Positions 47,302 through 56,144 of a stretch of 64,000 nt of DNA are shown here, in pieces. Position numbers and translations under genes: made by a program. The stretch's first letter is position 1, and the number at the start of each line of letters is the position of its first letter. The notes beneath the pieces were generated by a model that searched no databases, was not told the DNA's origin, and saw only the letters and a list, made by a program, of their open reading frames with translations. Source of the stretch: a virus; the IMG/VR virus record IMGVR_UViG_3300028045_001344, positions 32,001 to 96,000 of that record. One strand, 5' to 3'.

Positions 47302-47665
47302 ATTCAAATCCAAACTCTAGTGTAATTCTTTCCGCCATTTGATCGGGATCATCAGTCCACTCTTTTATGACAGACTTTACAAATTTCTTTTCTTTCTTGT
47401 CTAGTATCTTATTTTCTTTAGAATACTTTTCTTCAATTTTTTTAATGGCATTATCATATTCTTTATCGATCCACTCTTTCTCTTTCTTTTTATTTATCTC
47501 AGCCGCTTCGATTGCGTCTAGTTGTTTCTTGTGAGAGTCATCAGCGGCTTTGATAATCTCCTCAATCTTGCTTTCTTTAGAACGAAAAACTAAAGCGACT
47601 ATTATGAGAACAGGTATATACCAATACGACTTTAGGAAAGACCAGATTTTTTTAAGTGCGATCAT
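47267..47665 (-). CDS. N-terminally anchored coiled-coil protein, i-spanin-like candidate
   Basis: Single N-terminal TM (YWYIPVLIIVALVF) followed by a charged helix; overlaps the next gene. Confidence 0.45.
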   Translation of the reverse strand: MIALKKIWSFLKSYWYIPVLIIVALVFRSKESKIEEIIKAADDSHKKQLDAIEAAEINKKKEKEWIDKEYDNAIKKIEEKYSKENKILDKKEKKFVKSVIKEWTDDPDQMAERITLEFGFEYEPKKNNSNTD

Positions 47666-47684
47666 TTTTTATTTCAATACCAAT

Positions 47685-48296
47685 TCAGTCTTCGCCCTCA
47701 TAACCAGTCACAGTTCGACCATCATTTTGATTTTTAAGAAAATCCCGCAACTGATCTGTAACATCCCAATCATCAGGAATATCCCTCTCAAAGTTACCTT
47801 CGTCCTGCATTGTAGAGACAAGCCACCTAACAAACGCTTTTTCGATCTTATCAGATATGATCTCCGATACTGAATCGTCCATATCTAATTTTCCTAAATT
47901 CCCTTGGGGTCGTTGGCCATCGGGCACCTGATACATTCCCAGAACAAATTCAGAAACCTCATCGGAATTAGAAAATATTTCTTTTGCGGCTGCAACACCG
48001 GGAACAAAATTTGTCAAAATTCCTAAAACTTTTTTTCTATTTTTATATTCTAAGGTACACTTTAACAGAGCATGTAATTCACCAAATGTTTTAACATCCC
48101 CACTGGATTGTAGGGTAGATGGAACTGTCTTCGTACAATAATCATCCTTTAGTTTATCATCGGCTTTATCCCACCCTTTGCCAAATAAATCCCGAAGATT
48201 TTTGACCTTATCTAGTGCTCTCGCTGTACGACTGGGCGCTTCGGCAAGCTTGTCGGCTTCTAAATAAGAACGCCAATTTTCCATTAAGATTTTCAT
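47685..48296 (-). CDS. hypothetical protein with MKILMENWRSYL N-terminal tag
   Basis: ATGA-coupled start at 48296; tag shared with 52664..53503. Confidence 0.65.
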   Translation of the reverse strand: MKILMENWRSYLEADKLAEAPSRTARALDKVKNLRDLFGKGWDKADDKLKDDYCTKTVPSTLQSSGDVKTFGELHALLKCTLEYKNRKKVLGILTNFVPGVAAAKEIFSNSDEVSEFVLGMYQVPDGQRPQGNLGKLDMDDSVSEIISDKIEKAFVRWLVSTMQDEGNFERDIPDDWDVTDQLRDFLKNQNDGRTVTGYEGED

Positions 48297-48691
48297 TTGT
48301 TCTTCTTTTTGTTTTTTTCCGCCCACGCTATTCGAAATGCTGCGGGGCAATCATCTTTACCGCCGCATTCTTGATCCTTCAACGCCTTTACTTTGTCTTC
48401 CATTCCGGGTGGGGCTACTTCTTGGAGAGGGGTTGGTTGAAAACTATCAACAACATCATTAATGGCTGTCGTGATTTTCTCTCTTAGTTCTTTGGCATCC
48501 CTAGTGTCCAACATCTTAAACTTCAAACGAATTATTTTAGTGATCGCAGAATCCATACTCGTGCCTGGGACTGACTTTTTTTGCGGAGGGATTGGGGTGT
48601 GTCCGCTAGGAGAACCTGGGTCCATAAAGCCTGAATCCTCTTGGAGTTCTTCTTGAATAATTCTCTTAAGTTGTGACCTTGTGAGTTTCAT
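48293..48691 (-). CDS. hypothetical protein with MKLTRSQLKRIIQEE N-terminal tag
   Basis: 132 aa; tag shared with the neighbouring gene. Confidence 0.65.
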   Translation of the reverse strand: MKLTRSQLKRIIQEELQEDSGFMDPGSPSGHTPIPPQKKSVPGTSMDSAITKIIRLKFKMLDTRDAKELREKITTAINDVVDSFQPTPLQEVAPPGMEDKVKALKDQECGGKDDCPAAFRIAWAEKNKKKNK

Positions 48692-48694
48692 TTT

Positions 48695-48943
48695 TTATTC
48701 CTTGATATAATCATCCCTAGCGATCCGCACAGCCCAAAAGTCGCTTTGAGGTTTATACTCCACAACTAACTTATCTCGTTGCGGGTGCTTCTTAATGAAC
48801 TTCTTTGCATCCTTCTCTGTGTAAAACAATTTTAGTGTTACCAAGGCTGCGCTTCGGGCTGCTGCTGCCGAAATATCCGCCATACGAGACTCTGAGGATT
48901 CCTCTATAATAATTCTCTTAAGTTGTGATCTTGTAATTTTCAT
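48695..48943 (-). CDS. hypothetical protein with MKITRSQLKRIIIEE N-terminal tag
   Basis: ATG at 48943; first ~40 nt nearly identical to the start of 48293..48691. Confidence 0.6.
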   Translation of the reverse strand: MKITRSQLKRIIIEESSESRMADISAAAARSAALVTLKLFYTEKDAKKFIKKHPQRDKLVVEYKPQSDFWAVRIARDDYIKE

Positions 48944-48944
48944 T

Positions 48945-49133
48945 TTAGTTTCCGTGTTTCCAGTTAGTCGCAATATCTGCGATGCCCTGTATTCCTATGT
49001 AGCCCAACGCAATAGCAACCCATTGATCGCCACTGATCGGACCTAGATATAAAAAGAGAGTGGCTAAAGAGAAAACCGTAAATTTTCTCGATACCACTTT
49101 CTCTAAAGCTTTATCAACAAATGATGAGTTCAC
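48945..49133 (-). CDS. small membrane protein, holin candidate
   Basis: 62 aa with two hydrophobic helices (SRKFTVFSLATLFLYL; WVAIALGYIGIQGIAD). Confidence 0.5.
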   Translation of the reverse strand: MNSSFVDKALEKVVSRKFTVFSLATLFLYLGPISGDQWVAIALGYIGIQGIADIATNWKHGN

Positions 49134-49360
49134 TCTTTTCCTTTGTTAAATAAACTCAGTAAAACAATGAGCGATAACAAACCAACAAAACCACTTGATC
49201 CCATTGATTCAATTAATTTAACAACGTTGCCTACAACGCCCATTCCAAAAATACCTGCTCCATAAATTACTTCAACAAGAATTGCCAAAGCAAGCAAATT
49301 CATTACCAAACCTGTAAGTCCACTAACACCTTCATTAACTGTTTTTAAAATATCTTTCAT
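49130..49360 (-). CDS. small two-TM membrane protein
   Basis: AGGAGG SD before ATG at 49360; two hydrophobic helices. Confidence 0.55.
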   Translation of the reverse strand: MKDILKTVNEGVSGLTGLVMNLLALAILVEVIYGAGIFGMGVVGNVVKLIESMGSSGFVGLLSLIVLLSLFNKGKE

Positions 49361-49395
49361 ATTCACGTACCTCCTACGCAAATATAAATAGTTAG

Positions 49396-52300
49396 CTACG
49401 CAGTAACATTCGCATATCCATCTTTCTTTTCTATAGTGATGATTGAGTCCGCAGCATCTTTTAAGTTATCAAGATGAGAAATTAAAATAACAGTTTTGAA
49501 AATAGAAGTTGTAATATCGAGAATACGCACAAAGCCTTCCATTCTTTCAGCATCTAAAGCAGTACCGGGCTCGTCTAAAATAAACAATTGTGATTTGGGT
49601 AATGAAGAAATATTTGTGAACGCCAAACGTATTGCCATCGCAGCCACAGTTTTTTCCGCACCACTAGCCATTTCTAATGGACTAGGATCACGATCTGGTT
49701 GTTGGATATAAATATCTAGACGATTGTCGTCCGTCTCAAAGAGCACTTGGAAATCTACTACATTCGCAAGTATCTTGGAAATCTCATTATTAATTGTTGG
49801 CAAACTCTTTTTGATTATGTTATATGCAATACCGTTCGGGTGCATACAACGCATATACAGATCGTGTGCTTCATAATCATTCTTTAGGTTTTCGCACTTG
49901 GTCTTTTCTACTTCGAGATTTTGAATTCTATGTTCGCTAAACCCATGAAGTTTATAAAGCCTTAACAATTCACTTTCGCATTCCTCTAGATTGATACCGC
50001 ACTTCCTAAGCACAGAAATCTTTAAGTTCTTATCTTTAACAATCCCTTCTAAATCTTCTATGACCTCCTTATTATCATCATAAAACTTTTCTTTCTCTTG
50101 GAGTTCTCTTATTTCGTGTTCTATGATCAATTTCTTTGAGGATAGGTTCTCTATCAAAAGTTCATCAGTAGGTATCTGATTCTCTAAATCTTTTTTGAGT
50201 TTCAGTAGATCCTCAAACTTGGCAAGATGGCTCTCTACATTATCAATTTCTAAAGAATTCATTTCCACTTGAATTGATTGGGACTCCTCCTGTTTAGTTT
50301 GTTGACCAATTTGAACTAATGGAATTTTATTTTTGGCTTCATACGCATCACGAATAAATTTACAATGTGAAAATTCAGATCCACAAGGAACCTCTTTCAA
50401 TAACTTCGCTCGCGTCTCAAATTGAGATAATTCAGTTTTACTGGCTTTTAGATCTAAAGTGATATTCACTAGTTCTTTTTCGAGTTCTAGATATTTTCGC
50501 TTCTGTGAAAATAGAAAATCCTCATCAAACGATTTAATGAAATCGTTAGCTTTAGTAATTTTGTTTTTATTTTTGATGTTCTCATCAGTCTTGTGTATTA
50601 TGTCTTTTTCGTATAGTAACAACCTCTTCTCTGACTGAGATATGGAATTACGAATATTAAGAATATCAATGATTTCTGTGGGGGCTGATTGAATTTTATC
50701 TTCTAGATCTGAAATCTGATCCTTTAGAACAACAGCCTCCTTCTTTAATATCTCACAACTATTTTTTCTTTTCATCGTCGCGGCTTCGTTATCAAGAAGA
50801 TCTTTATGGGCTATCCTTATGTCTTCATCATAATCAACCGCATCAAGAACTTTAATCTCGGATTTGATATCGGCTGCATCTTCCTTGGCTGTCTTAAACT
50901 TTTTATCAAAGATTTCTAAATCTAAAAACTTTGCCAATATTTCTTTACGCCTTGTAGAGCCTTCATTAATAAATGCTAGCGCACCCAATTGAGAACTCAT
51001 AGAAGTTATTAAGAAATCGTCAAGACTTCCAAAATATTTCATAATATTCTTGTCGGTGTCTGAGCGAGTAAGCCCATTTAAAGATTCTTCCTTTTCAGTC
51101 GCTATGTCCCAAGATTTAAAGTCTACAACAGTTTTAGCCTCAACTGTTTCTGCCCCTTTTAGCCGCTTGAGATACTTGCTGGATTCTCTCCTGATTGTAT
51201 ATACTTTGTTGCCTCGCCTAATCTTAACCTGACCAAAGCCTTCGGTCTTGTTGTTATTGATTATGTTGAGGTTCTTGCGTGAATTCTTTGAAATTGAGTT
51301 GTAGATCGTATACAAAAGTGAATCAACGATACTGGACTTGCCTGAAAAGTTACGACCATAAATCCCAGTAATTCCACTATAATTGGTAAAGTCTATGCGA
51401 TTGTCTTCACCATAATTAAACAGGTTGCTCCACTCTAGTTCCAAGATTTCAAAATCCACATTACGATAAGTCTCGTCATTGTTCTCGACAATCTGTTTAT
51501 ATTTTTTATTTAGATCCCGGATCTTCTTTTCAAGAGCTTCATCAATTTTATAGTCTTCTAGATATTCGCCAATTAGTTTTTCTTGAACTACAAGATCTCT
51601 GAGGTTTTCTTTTTGAAAGGAGTCTCCTATCTCTACACCGTTGGTAAACGTAGATTTATTCACGACCGTAATTGATTCTGGCTTGTGCCGTTTTTTTGCA
51701 ACATCCACAGCCTTCTTTAGTGCTATAGCAGAAATACTATTCTCTACCACCAATCGCAAACGAGCACCTTCAGGAACAGAAGTTTCGGGAACTTTACCAT
51801 CCGTGGTAAGAGGTAGTGAGATAAATGGTTTTGGATTTGTAAGAGTAACGGGTCTAACAGTAAAATCTTCTTTACTTTCAATATCCCAAATCAAGAAACC
51901 TTTACAAGTTCCTTCGCCATGATTTTGTTGGATAGTGCTACCAGCATAGCGAACGCGGCCGGCTTTGTCCATAATTTGATTTGTGAGATGAATATCTCCC
52001 AACATCGCATAATCAAATTTATCAAAGATCGAAATGTCATGCTCGCCAATATCCATCTTCCAGCCTATGTCTGTTTGACAACCACTAATGGAGCCATGAT
52101 AAAGAGCAATATTTATTTGATCAGGATTGGATGGCTCTTTCCAATTTTCTTCATCAAACACGCTCAACACGTTTAAGGTAAACTCGTGACCCATATCAAC
52201 TTCGCAAGAGTTCTTTAGTAAATGTAGGTTGGAATGATTAAGAGATTTTACGATTGGAGTGATTGCATCTTGTCTGCTTGTGTTTCTTAAGTTGCCGTCG

Positions 52301-52539
52301 TGATTGCCTAAGATGATATATGTTGGGGCAATCTCCGCTAAATTATAAAGAAAGTCAGAAGTCATCTCCACATATTCAGGAGAAATCTGTGTCTTGGTGT
52401 GGCATATGTCGCCACAATGAACAATATAATCCACCTTCTCTTTTCGGAGAGTTTCATATATTTTATTAAATATAATCTTATATTCGGTGTGATATTTGAG
52501 ATTGCGAATATGGGTATCCGCGATGTGAGCAAACTTCAT
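49396..52539 (-). CDS. fused Mre11/SbcD nuclease - Rad50/SbcC ATPase (gp47-gp46 fusion)
   Basis: N-terminal HIADTH, GDICH, GNHD, LGDIH; then GRNFSGKSS Walker A, coiled coil, SGAEK signature, FILDEPG Walker B, ISH. Confidence 0.92.
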   Translation of the reverse strand: MKFAHIADTHIRNLKYHTEYKIIFNKIYETLRKEKVDYIVHCGDICHTKTQISPEYVEMTSDFLYNLAEIAPTYIILGNHDGNLRNTSRQDAITPIVKSLNHSNLHLLKNSCEVDMGHEFTLNVLSVFDEENWKEPSNPDQINIALYHGSISGCQTDIGWKMDIGEHDISIFDKFDYAMLGDIHLTNQIMDKAGRVRYAGSTIQQNHGEGTCKGFLIWDIESKEDFTVRPVTLTNPKPFISLPLTTDGKVPETSVPEGARLRLVVENSISAIALKKAVDVAKKRHKPESITVVNKSTFTNGVEIGDSFQKENLRDLVVQEKLIGEYLEDYKIDEALEKKIRDLNKKYKQIVENNDETYRNVDFEILELEWSNLFNYGEDNRIDFTNYSGITGIYGRNFSGKSSIVDSLLYTIYNSISKNSRKNLNIINNNKTEGFGQVKIRRGNKVYTIRRESSKYLKRLKGAETVEAKTVVDFKSWDIATEKEESLNGLTRSDTDKNIMKYFGSLDDFLITSMSSQLGALAFINEGSTRRKEILAKFLDLEIFDKKFKTAKEDAADIKSEIKVLDAVDYDEDIRIAHKDLLDNEAATMKRKNSCEILKKEAVVLKDQISDLEDKIQSAPTEIIDILNIRNSISQSEKRLLLYEKDIIHKTDENIKNKNKITKANDFIKSFDEDFLFSQKRKYLELEKELVNITLDLKASKTELSQFETRAKLLKEVPCGSEFSHCKFIRDAYEAKNKIPLVQIGQQTKQEESQSIQVEMNSLEIDNVESHLAKFEDLLKLKKDLENQIPTDELLIENLSSKKLIIEHEIRELQEKEKFYDDNKEVIEDLEGIVKDKNLKISVLRKCGINLEECESELLRLYKLHGFSEHRIQNLEVEKTKCENLKNDYEAHDLYMRCMHPNGIAYNIIKKSLPTINNEISKILANVVDFQVLFETDDNRLDIYIQQPDRDPSPLEMASGAEKTVAAMAIRLAFTNISSLPKSQLFILDEPGTALDAERMEGFVRILDITTSIFKTVILISHLDNLKDAADSIITIEKKDGYANVTA

Positions 52540-52547
52540 TACTTACC

Positions 52548-52575
52548 ATTATACCAGGAGATATGGTTAAGTCAA
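52548..52575 (-). promoter_or_regulatory. sigma70-type promoter (TTGACT-N16-TATAAT, TGn extension), probably leaderless
   Basis: Consensus boxes; the Mre11-Rad50 ATG lies 8 nt after the -10 box with no SD. Confidence 0.65.
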
Positions 52576-52598
52576 GAGAAAGTTTTGATTTAGTTAAT

Positions 52599-53561
52599 TT
52601 CATTTGTTTCTCCTATTAAAACGAAAGTTTCTCCAATAAATAGTTGTTTAGAGAAGTAAAACACTACCCTTTATATAACTTATCAAAAAGGTTACTACCA
52701 CCATCGTAAAGCATTTCTTCTATAGTGTTTACAAGTTCTTCTGGTGTTGCATATGGGGAGCCACCTGAATATGCGCGATTGATAAATTCTTTTATAGAAG
52801 TTCTTGCTTTTTTTTGTAGCACACGAACTGGGGTGGCTGAAGACTTTGTAGAATAAACATAGTTGGATGCGGGGTCGGCTTTTCCTTTTCCCGTTTCGGG
52901 ATGTATATAACAATCATCTCCTTTCGGTTTTGTTTGTGGATCGTCTATATCGTCAAATTTTCTAGCTTTAATTTTTATTCCCGTCGCTCCGGTTCCTCTT
53001 GCAAGCCACTGTTTGTAGATATTTTGAGCGGGTTTTGAAAGAGCAAACCTATCCGCCATTAATCCCCCCGCTACTGACTTAGTATAAAGAAGTGCCGTAT
53101 CATACAGAAGTGGACCATACCCATTTCTTGCCGCGCTTCTCTTGATTGTAAATATTTTCTTACCAGCCGCAAAACACGGCACACCGCGTTCAGCCCATAT
53201 CTCCACATCGATGATTCCCTTAATGCTTTGAGAAATCTTTTTTTGGACTGTCTTATTTTCAAGTGGATCATTTTTCCGATTTTGTCGATGGAACATAAAC
53301 TGATCTTGCTCATCCCACTCGTCGAAATCACTAGGTTTGGGTTTCAATTTATTTTTTCCTATCGAATTTATAAACTCCTCTGTGTCAAAGAGTAACAAAT
53401 ACTTACCGTCCCTACTTGAGTTAATAAGCATACCCAAATTCGTAGTGTCGGTGACAGCTTCCTCGTTCAAATACTCACGCCAGTTTTCCATTAAAAGCTT
53501 CATTTGTTTCTCTGATTAAAACGAAAGTTTCTCCAATAAATAGTTGTCTAAAGAAACAAAA
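52599..53561. repeat. ~63 bp imperfect direct repeat (52599-52661 and 53499-53561) flanking a single gene
   Basis: 14 bp and 33 bp identical blocks exactly 900 bp apart; the repeat comprises the primase 3' end, ACTATTTA motif, RBS and ATG. Confidence 0.9.
52664..53503 (-). CDS. tagged hypothetical protein (MKLLMENWREYLNEE) with possible GNAT-like fold
   Basis: SAARNGYGPLLYD...LMADRFALSKPAQNIYKQW resembles GNAT motifs A/B. Confidence 0.55.
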   Translation of the reverse strand: MKLLMENWREYLNEEAVTDTTNLGMLINSSRDGKYLLLFDTEEFINSIGKNKLKPKPSDFDEWDEQDQFMFHRQNRKNDPLENKTVQKKISQSIKGIIDVEIWAERGVPCFAAGKKIFTIKRSAARNGYGPLLYDTALLYTKSVAGGLMADRFALSKPAQNIYKQWLARGTGATGIKIKARKFDDIDDPQTKPKGDDCYIHPETGKGKADPASNYVYSTKSSATPVRVLQKKARTSIKEFINRAYSGGSPYATPEELVNTIEEMLYDGGSNLFDKLYKG

Positions 53562-54427
53562 GTGGAAGTTTTCTTGCGAGCTTGGAATGTTTCCTTATCC
53601 ATCTCTCCAATGTCTCCAAACCCCGAAGTATCAACCCGGTAAACATCCACGCCATATGACATAAATAGTTTGCTTATTTTAAACTCTTTTGCGCGGGCAT
53701 CATCATCCAGGGCAATATATATCTTATCGCAGTTCTCCACAATCTTTTGAAAACTATAGCTATTTTCTCGTAGTGTAGAGCCAAGCAAAGGAATTGCGTT
53801 GGTTGCCTTTATTGCGTCGAACACACCTTCCACAATTGTGATGTCTTTATCCCAATCAAGATACAGTTCGTTAAAGATGAAGTCGCGTTCTGCTGGTGGG
53901 TTTTTATATTTCATCCAGTCGTCGCTATATCCTCTAGCAATAAAATAATTAATGTTTCCGTCAAGATCAAATGAAGGCACGATCACTCTTTTGGCATACT
54001 GCCCGTCTGGGCAATATCCAATCTTCCACCACAAAATATCTTCGCGGTCAATGCCTCGGGTCTTTAAATAATTTCTGGCTGGCAAAGAAAGCGGAGTAGG
54101 TTTCTTTTTGGTTAAAGAAATAAATTCTTCTGGAAGTGTGACGATGATCTTTTCTTCTTCCGGCTTTTCCAGATCGGACATGTCAACAATTCCGCAAAGT
54201 GTTTTCCACTCGGAACGGTTTTTTGGTTTTCCATAAGATGAAACAAGATGCGAAATCCTGCGACCGTTATAATCGCAGACCCAACACTTAAAAACATTCT
54301 TGTCGAAATTTACTGAAAACTTTGGTTTGTGGTGTTTGCACTTGGGGCAATAAAAAAGAAACTCATCTTTTGATTTGGAATAAGATCCAAGGAAATCTTC
54401 AATTATTCTAACTTTTCTTTCAGACAT
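53516..54427 (-). CDS. dnaG: DNA primase (zinc finger plus TOPRIM)
   Basis: CPKC...CWVC, YLKTRGI, KYKNP, IVEGVFDAI, IALDDDA. Confidence 0.9.
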   Translation of the reverse strand: MSERKVRIIEDFLGSYSKSKDEFLFYCPKCKHHKPKFSVNFDKNVFKCWVCDYNGRRISHLVSSYGKPKNRSEWKTLCGIVDMSDLEKPEEEKIIVTLPEEFISLTKKKPTPLSLPARNYLKTRGIDREDILWWKIGYCPDGQYAKRVIVPSFDLDGNINYFIARGYSDDWMKYKNPPAERDFIFNELYLDWDKDITIVEGVFDAIKATNAIPLLGSTLRENSYSFQKIVENCDKIYIALDDDARAKEFKISKLFMSYGVDVYRVDTSGFGDIGEMDKETFQARKKTSTFVSLDNYLLEKLSF

Positions 54428-54936
54428 TCAAAACCTGCTCTCGCAATTATTAAGGAATCAGCCTGGTCATAACAATATGGCTTTGGCTTACCTGTTCTTC
54501 CATACTCTACAGTAAAGTGGGGTTCGTTGTCAATAAGAAAATTCATAACCTGCTCTTTTGCCTTGGTTCCTCTTTTAATAGTAATTCCACATTTCTTTCT
54601 TGCGGAGATTGCAGGGATGTATTCTGGGATTATATCAAATGCCTCATAACATAGCCAAGACACAATACCGTTGAACTTTGATAAAGTTGCGATTGTGTGA
54701 GAAGATGACTTTCCCATCATAAACATATTAAGCGCGGGCTCAATAAAAATATTCTCAAATGGATAAGAGTCTTTTAGTTTATTTATTTTATCTTTGATGT
54801 AAAGGGCTTTGGAAAAGAGATCGGTGAAGTGGTTTTTATTTCTTGTATCCCAGTGGCCTATCTCTGCGATTTGTCCGTTATTCAAAAGAACAGTATATCC
54901 CGTAATGCTCGTGGATATATCAAGTCCCAAAATCAT
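54403..54936 (-). CDS. RuvC-like Holliday junction resolvase
   Basis: ILGLDISTSITG, FIEP, DQADSLIIA acidic catalytic pattern. Confidence 0.8.
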   Translation of the reverse strand: MILGLDISTSITGYTVLLNNGQIAEIGHWDTRNKNHFTDLFSKALYIKDKINKLKDSYPFENIFIEPALNMFMMGKSSSHTIATLSKFNGIVSWLCYEAFDIIPEYIPAISARKKCGITIKRGTKAKEQVMNFLIDNEPHFTVEYGRTGKPKPYCYDQADSLIIARAGFECLKEKLE

Positions 54937-54948
54937 AATTTTATTATA

Positions 54949-56121
54949 CTAGAAGTCGAGCTTAAGTTTAAGAGTAAACTCATCAATATTTCGTTTTCTA
55001 ATTGGACTAGCCAGTTTTGCTACCGCAATTAAGTTTTTGTCTTTGTCGAATATGCCGACCTTGTTTATATAAGTGACCGGAGAAAAAGAACCAGTCGGAT
55101 CTGGAAAATTAGTTTTTACAATATTTTTAATGGCTAGATTTTTATTTTCCAAATATAAACTAGAGCCTGTGATAAAACCAGAGTTTGCCGCTGTGCCTGT
55201 TACTTGTTGACCATACTCTATAAATGTAGGATTATTAGAAAAGTTAAGTTCACCCTTTGGCATGTGTGTCAGCATAGTTAGGGTTGGTACATAGTTTGTC
55301 CCGCTGAAAGCCATTTGAAAACTCGATGACAAAGCAGTAGATCCTGTATAACCAAAGTCCAGCCATCTCGGGTTAGTTGACCCGCCAGCACCATAGTCTT
55401 CAGTATGGGTAGAAAGAGCCCACGAGCCTGTAAGAACAATAAATCCCTCATTATATAAAACAACACCCGCAACCGAAGCTGAATCCGCCGTGGATGCGGA
55501 GATTACTTGACGCAATTCTCCATTATATATGTCATCTCTTAATTCATTGACCAAGGTTCCTGAGATATAAAATTTTAGAGAGCAAGAACCTTTTTTGATA
55601 GACGACCCGTAGAAGATAGAGGGAATGCTTATTATTTTTATTTCTTGTGTAGCTTTGTCTCCGAGGCTAGAACTATAAAGATAACTCGGACTAAGGCACG
55701 CATATTTATTGAAAGTATTCTCAAGCGCATCCCTATAATATTTACACGCCGAACCTGTTACGCCAGTATCAAACCTCTCAAAAGAAAGACTAGAAGATAG
55801 AGGATAACTGCCAGTTATTGTGTCGCCATAGGCAAAATCATTATTGTAAGCTGTAGTAGAAATGGTTCTAAAAGAAGTGAGCGAGCCTTGTTTTGTAATG
55901 AACGGATAAATCAACTCACCTGTCGGTCGATCTACATTCATCTCATAGAGACTAATATTGCCAGCCGAAACATGAGTTATGTTAGCGTTGCTGAGTGGGC
56001 CTGTGTATTGAGTGTCTTTGTTGTATATTACTGTCCCACTATAGATATGAAAATCTAGTGCAGGATAAGTCTTTATACGATTGTAGAAAAGATCGTTCCG
56101 ATCAAATTTATACAAGGACAT
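54949..56121 (-). CDS. putative baseplate/tail-fibre attachment protein
   Basis: C-terminal YINKVGIFDKDKNLIAVAKLASPIRK; paralogue of the adjacent gene. Confidence 0.55.
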   Translation of the reverse strand: MSLYKFDRNDLFYNRIKTYPALDFHIYSGTVIYNKDTQYTGPLSNANITHVSAGNISLYEMNVDRPTGELIYPFITKQGSLTSFRTISTTAYNNDFAYGDTITGSYPLSSSLSFERFDTGVTGSACKYYRDALENTFNKYACLSPSYLYSSSLGDKATQEIKIISIPSIFYGSSIKKGSCSLKFYISGTLVNELRDDIYNGELRQVISASTADSASVAGVVLYNEGFIVLTGSWALSTHTEDYGAGGSTNPRWLDFGYTGSTALSSSFQMAFSGTNYVPTLTMLTHMPKGELNFSNNPTFIEYGQQVTGTAANSGFITGSSLYLENKNLAIKNIVKTNFPDPTGSFSPVTYINKVGIFDKDKNLIAVAKLASPIRKRNIDEFTLKLKLDF

Positions 56122-56144
56122 GGCTAAAGGTAATTAGTTAGTAA

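Noticed and set aside
52599-53561. IS element or homing endonuclease insertion
   Set aside because: No transposase, HNH, GIY-YIG or LAGLIDADG motifs and no terminal inverted repeats; the flanking repeat is too long and diverged for a target-site duplication.
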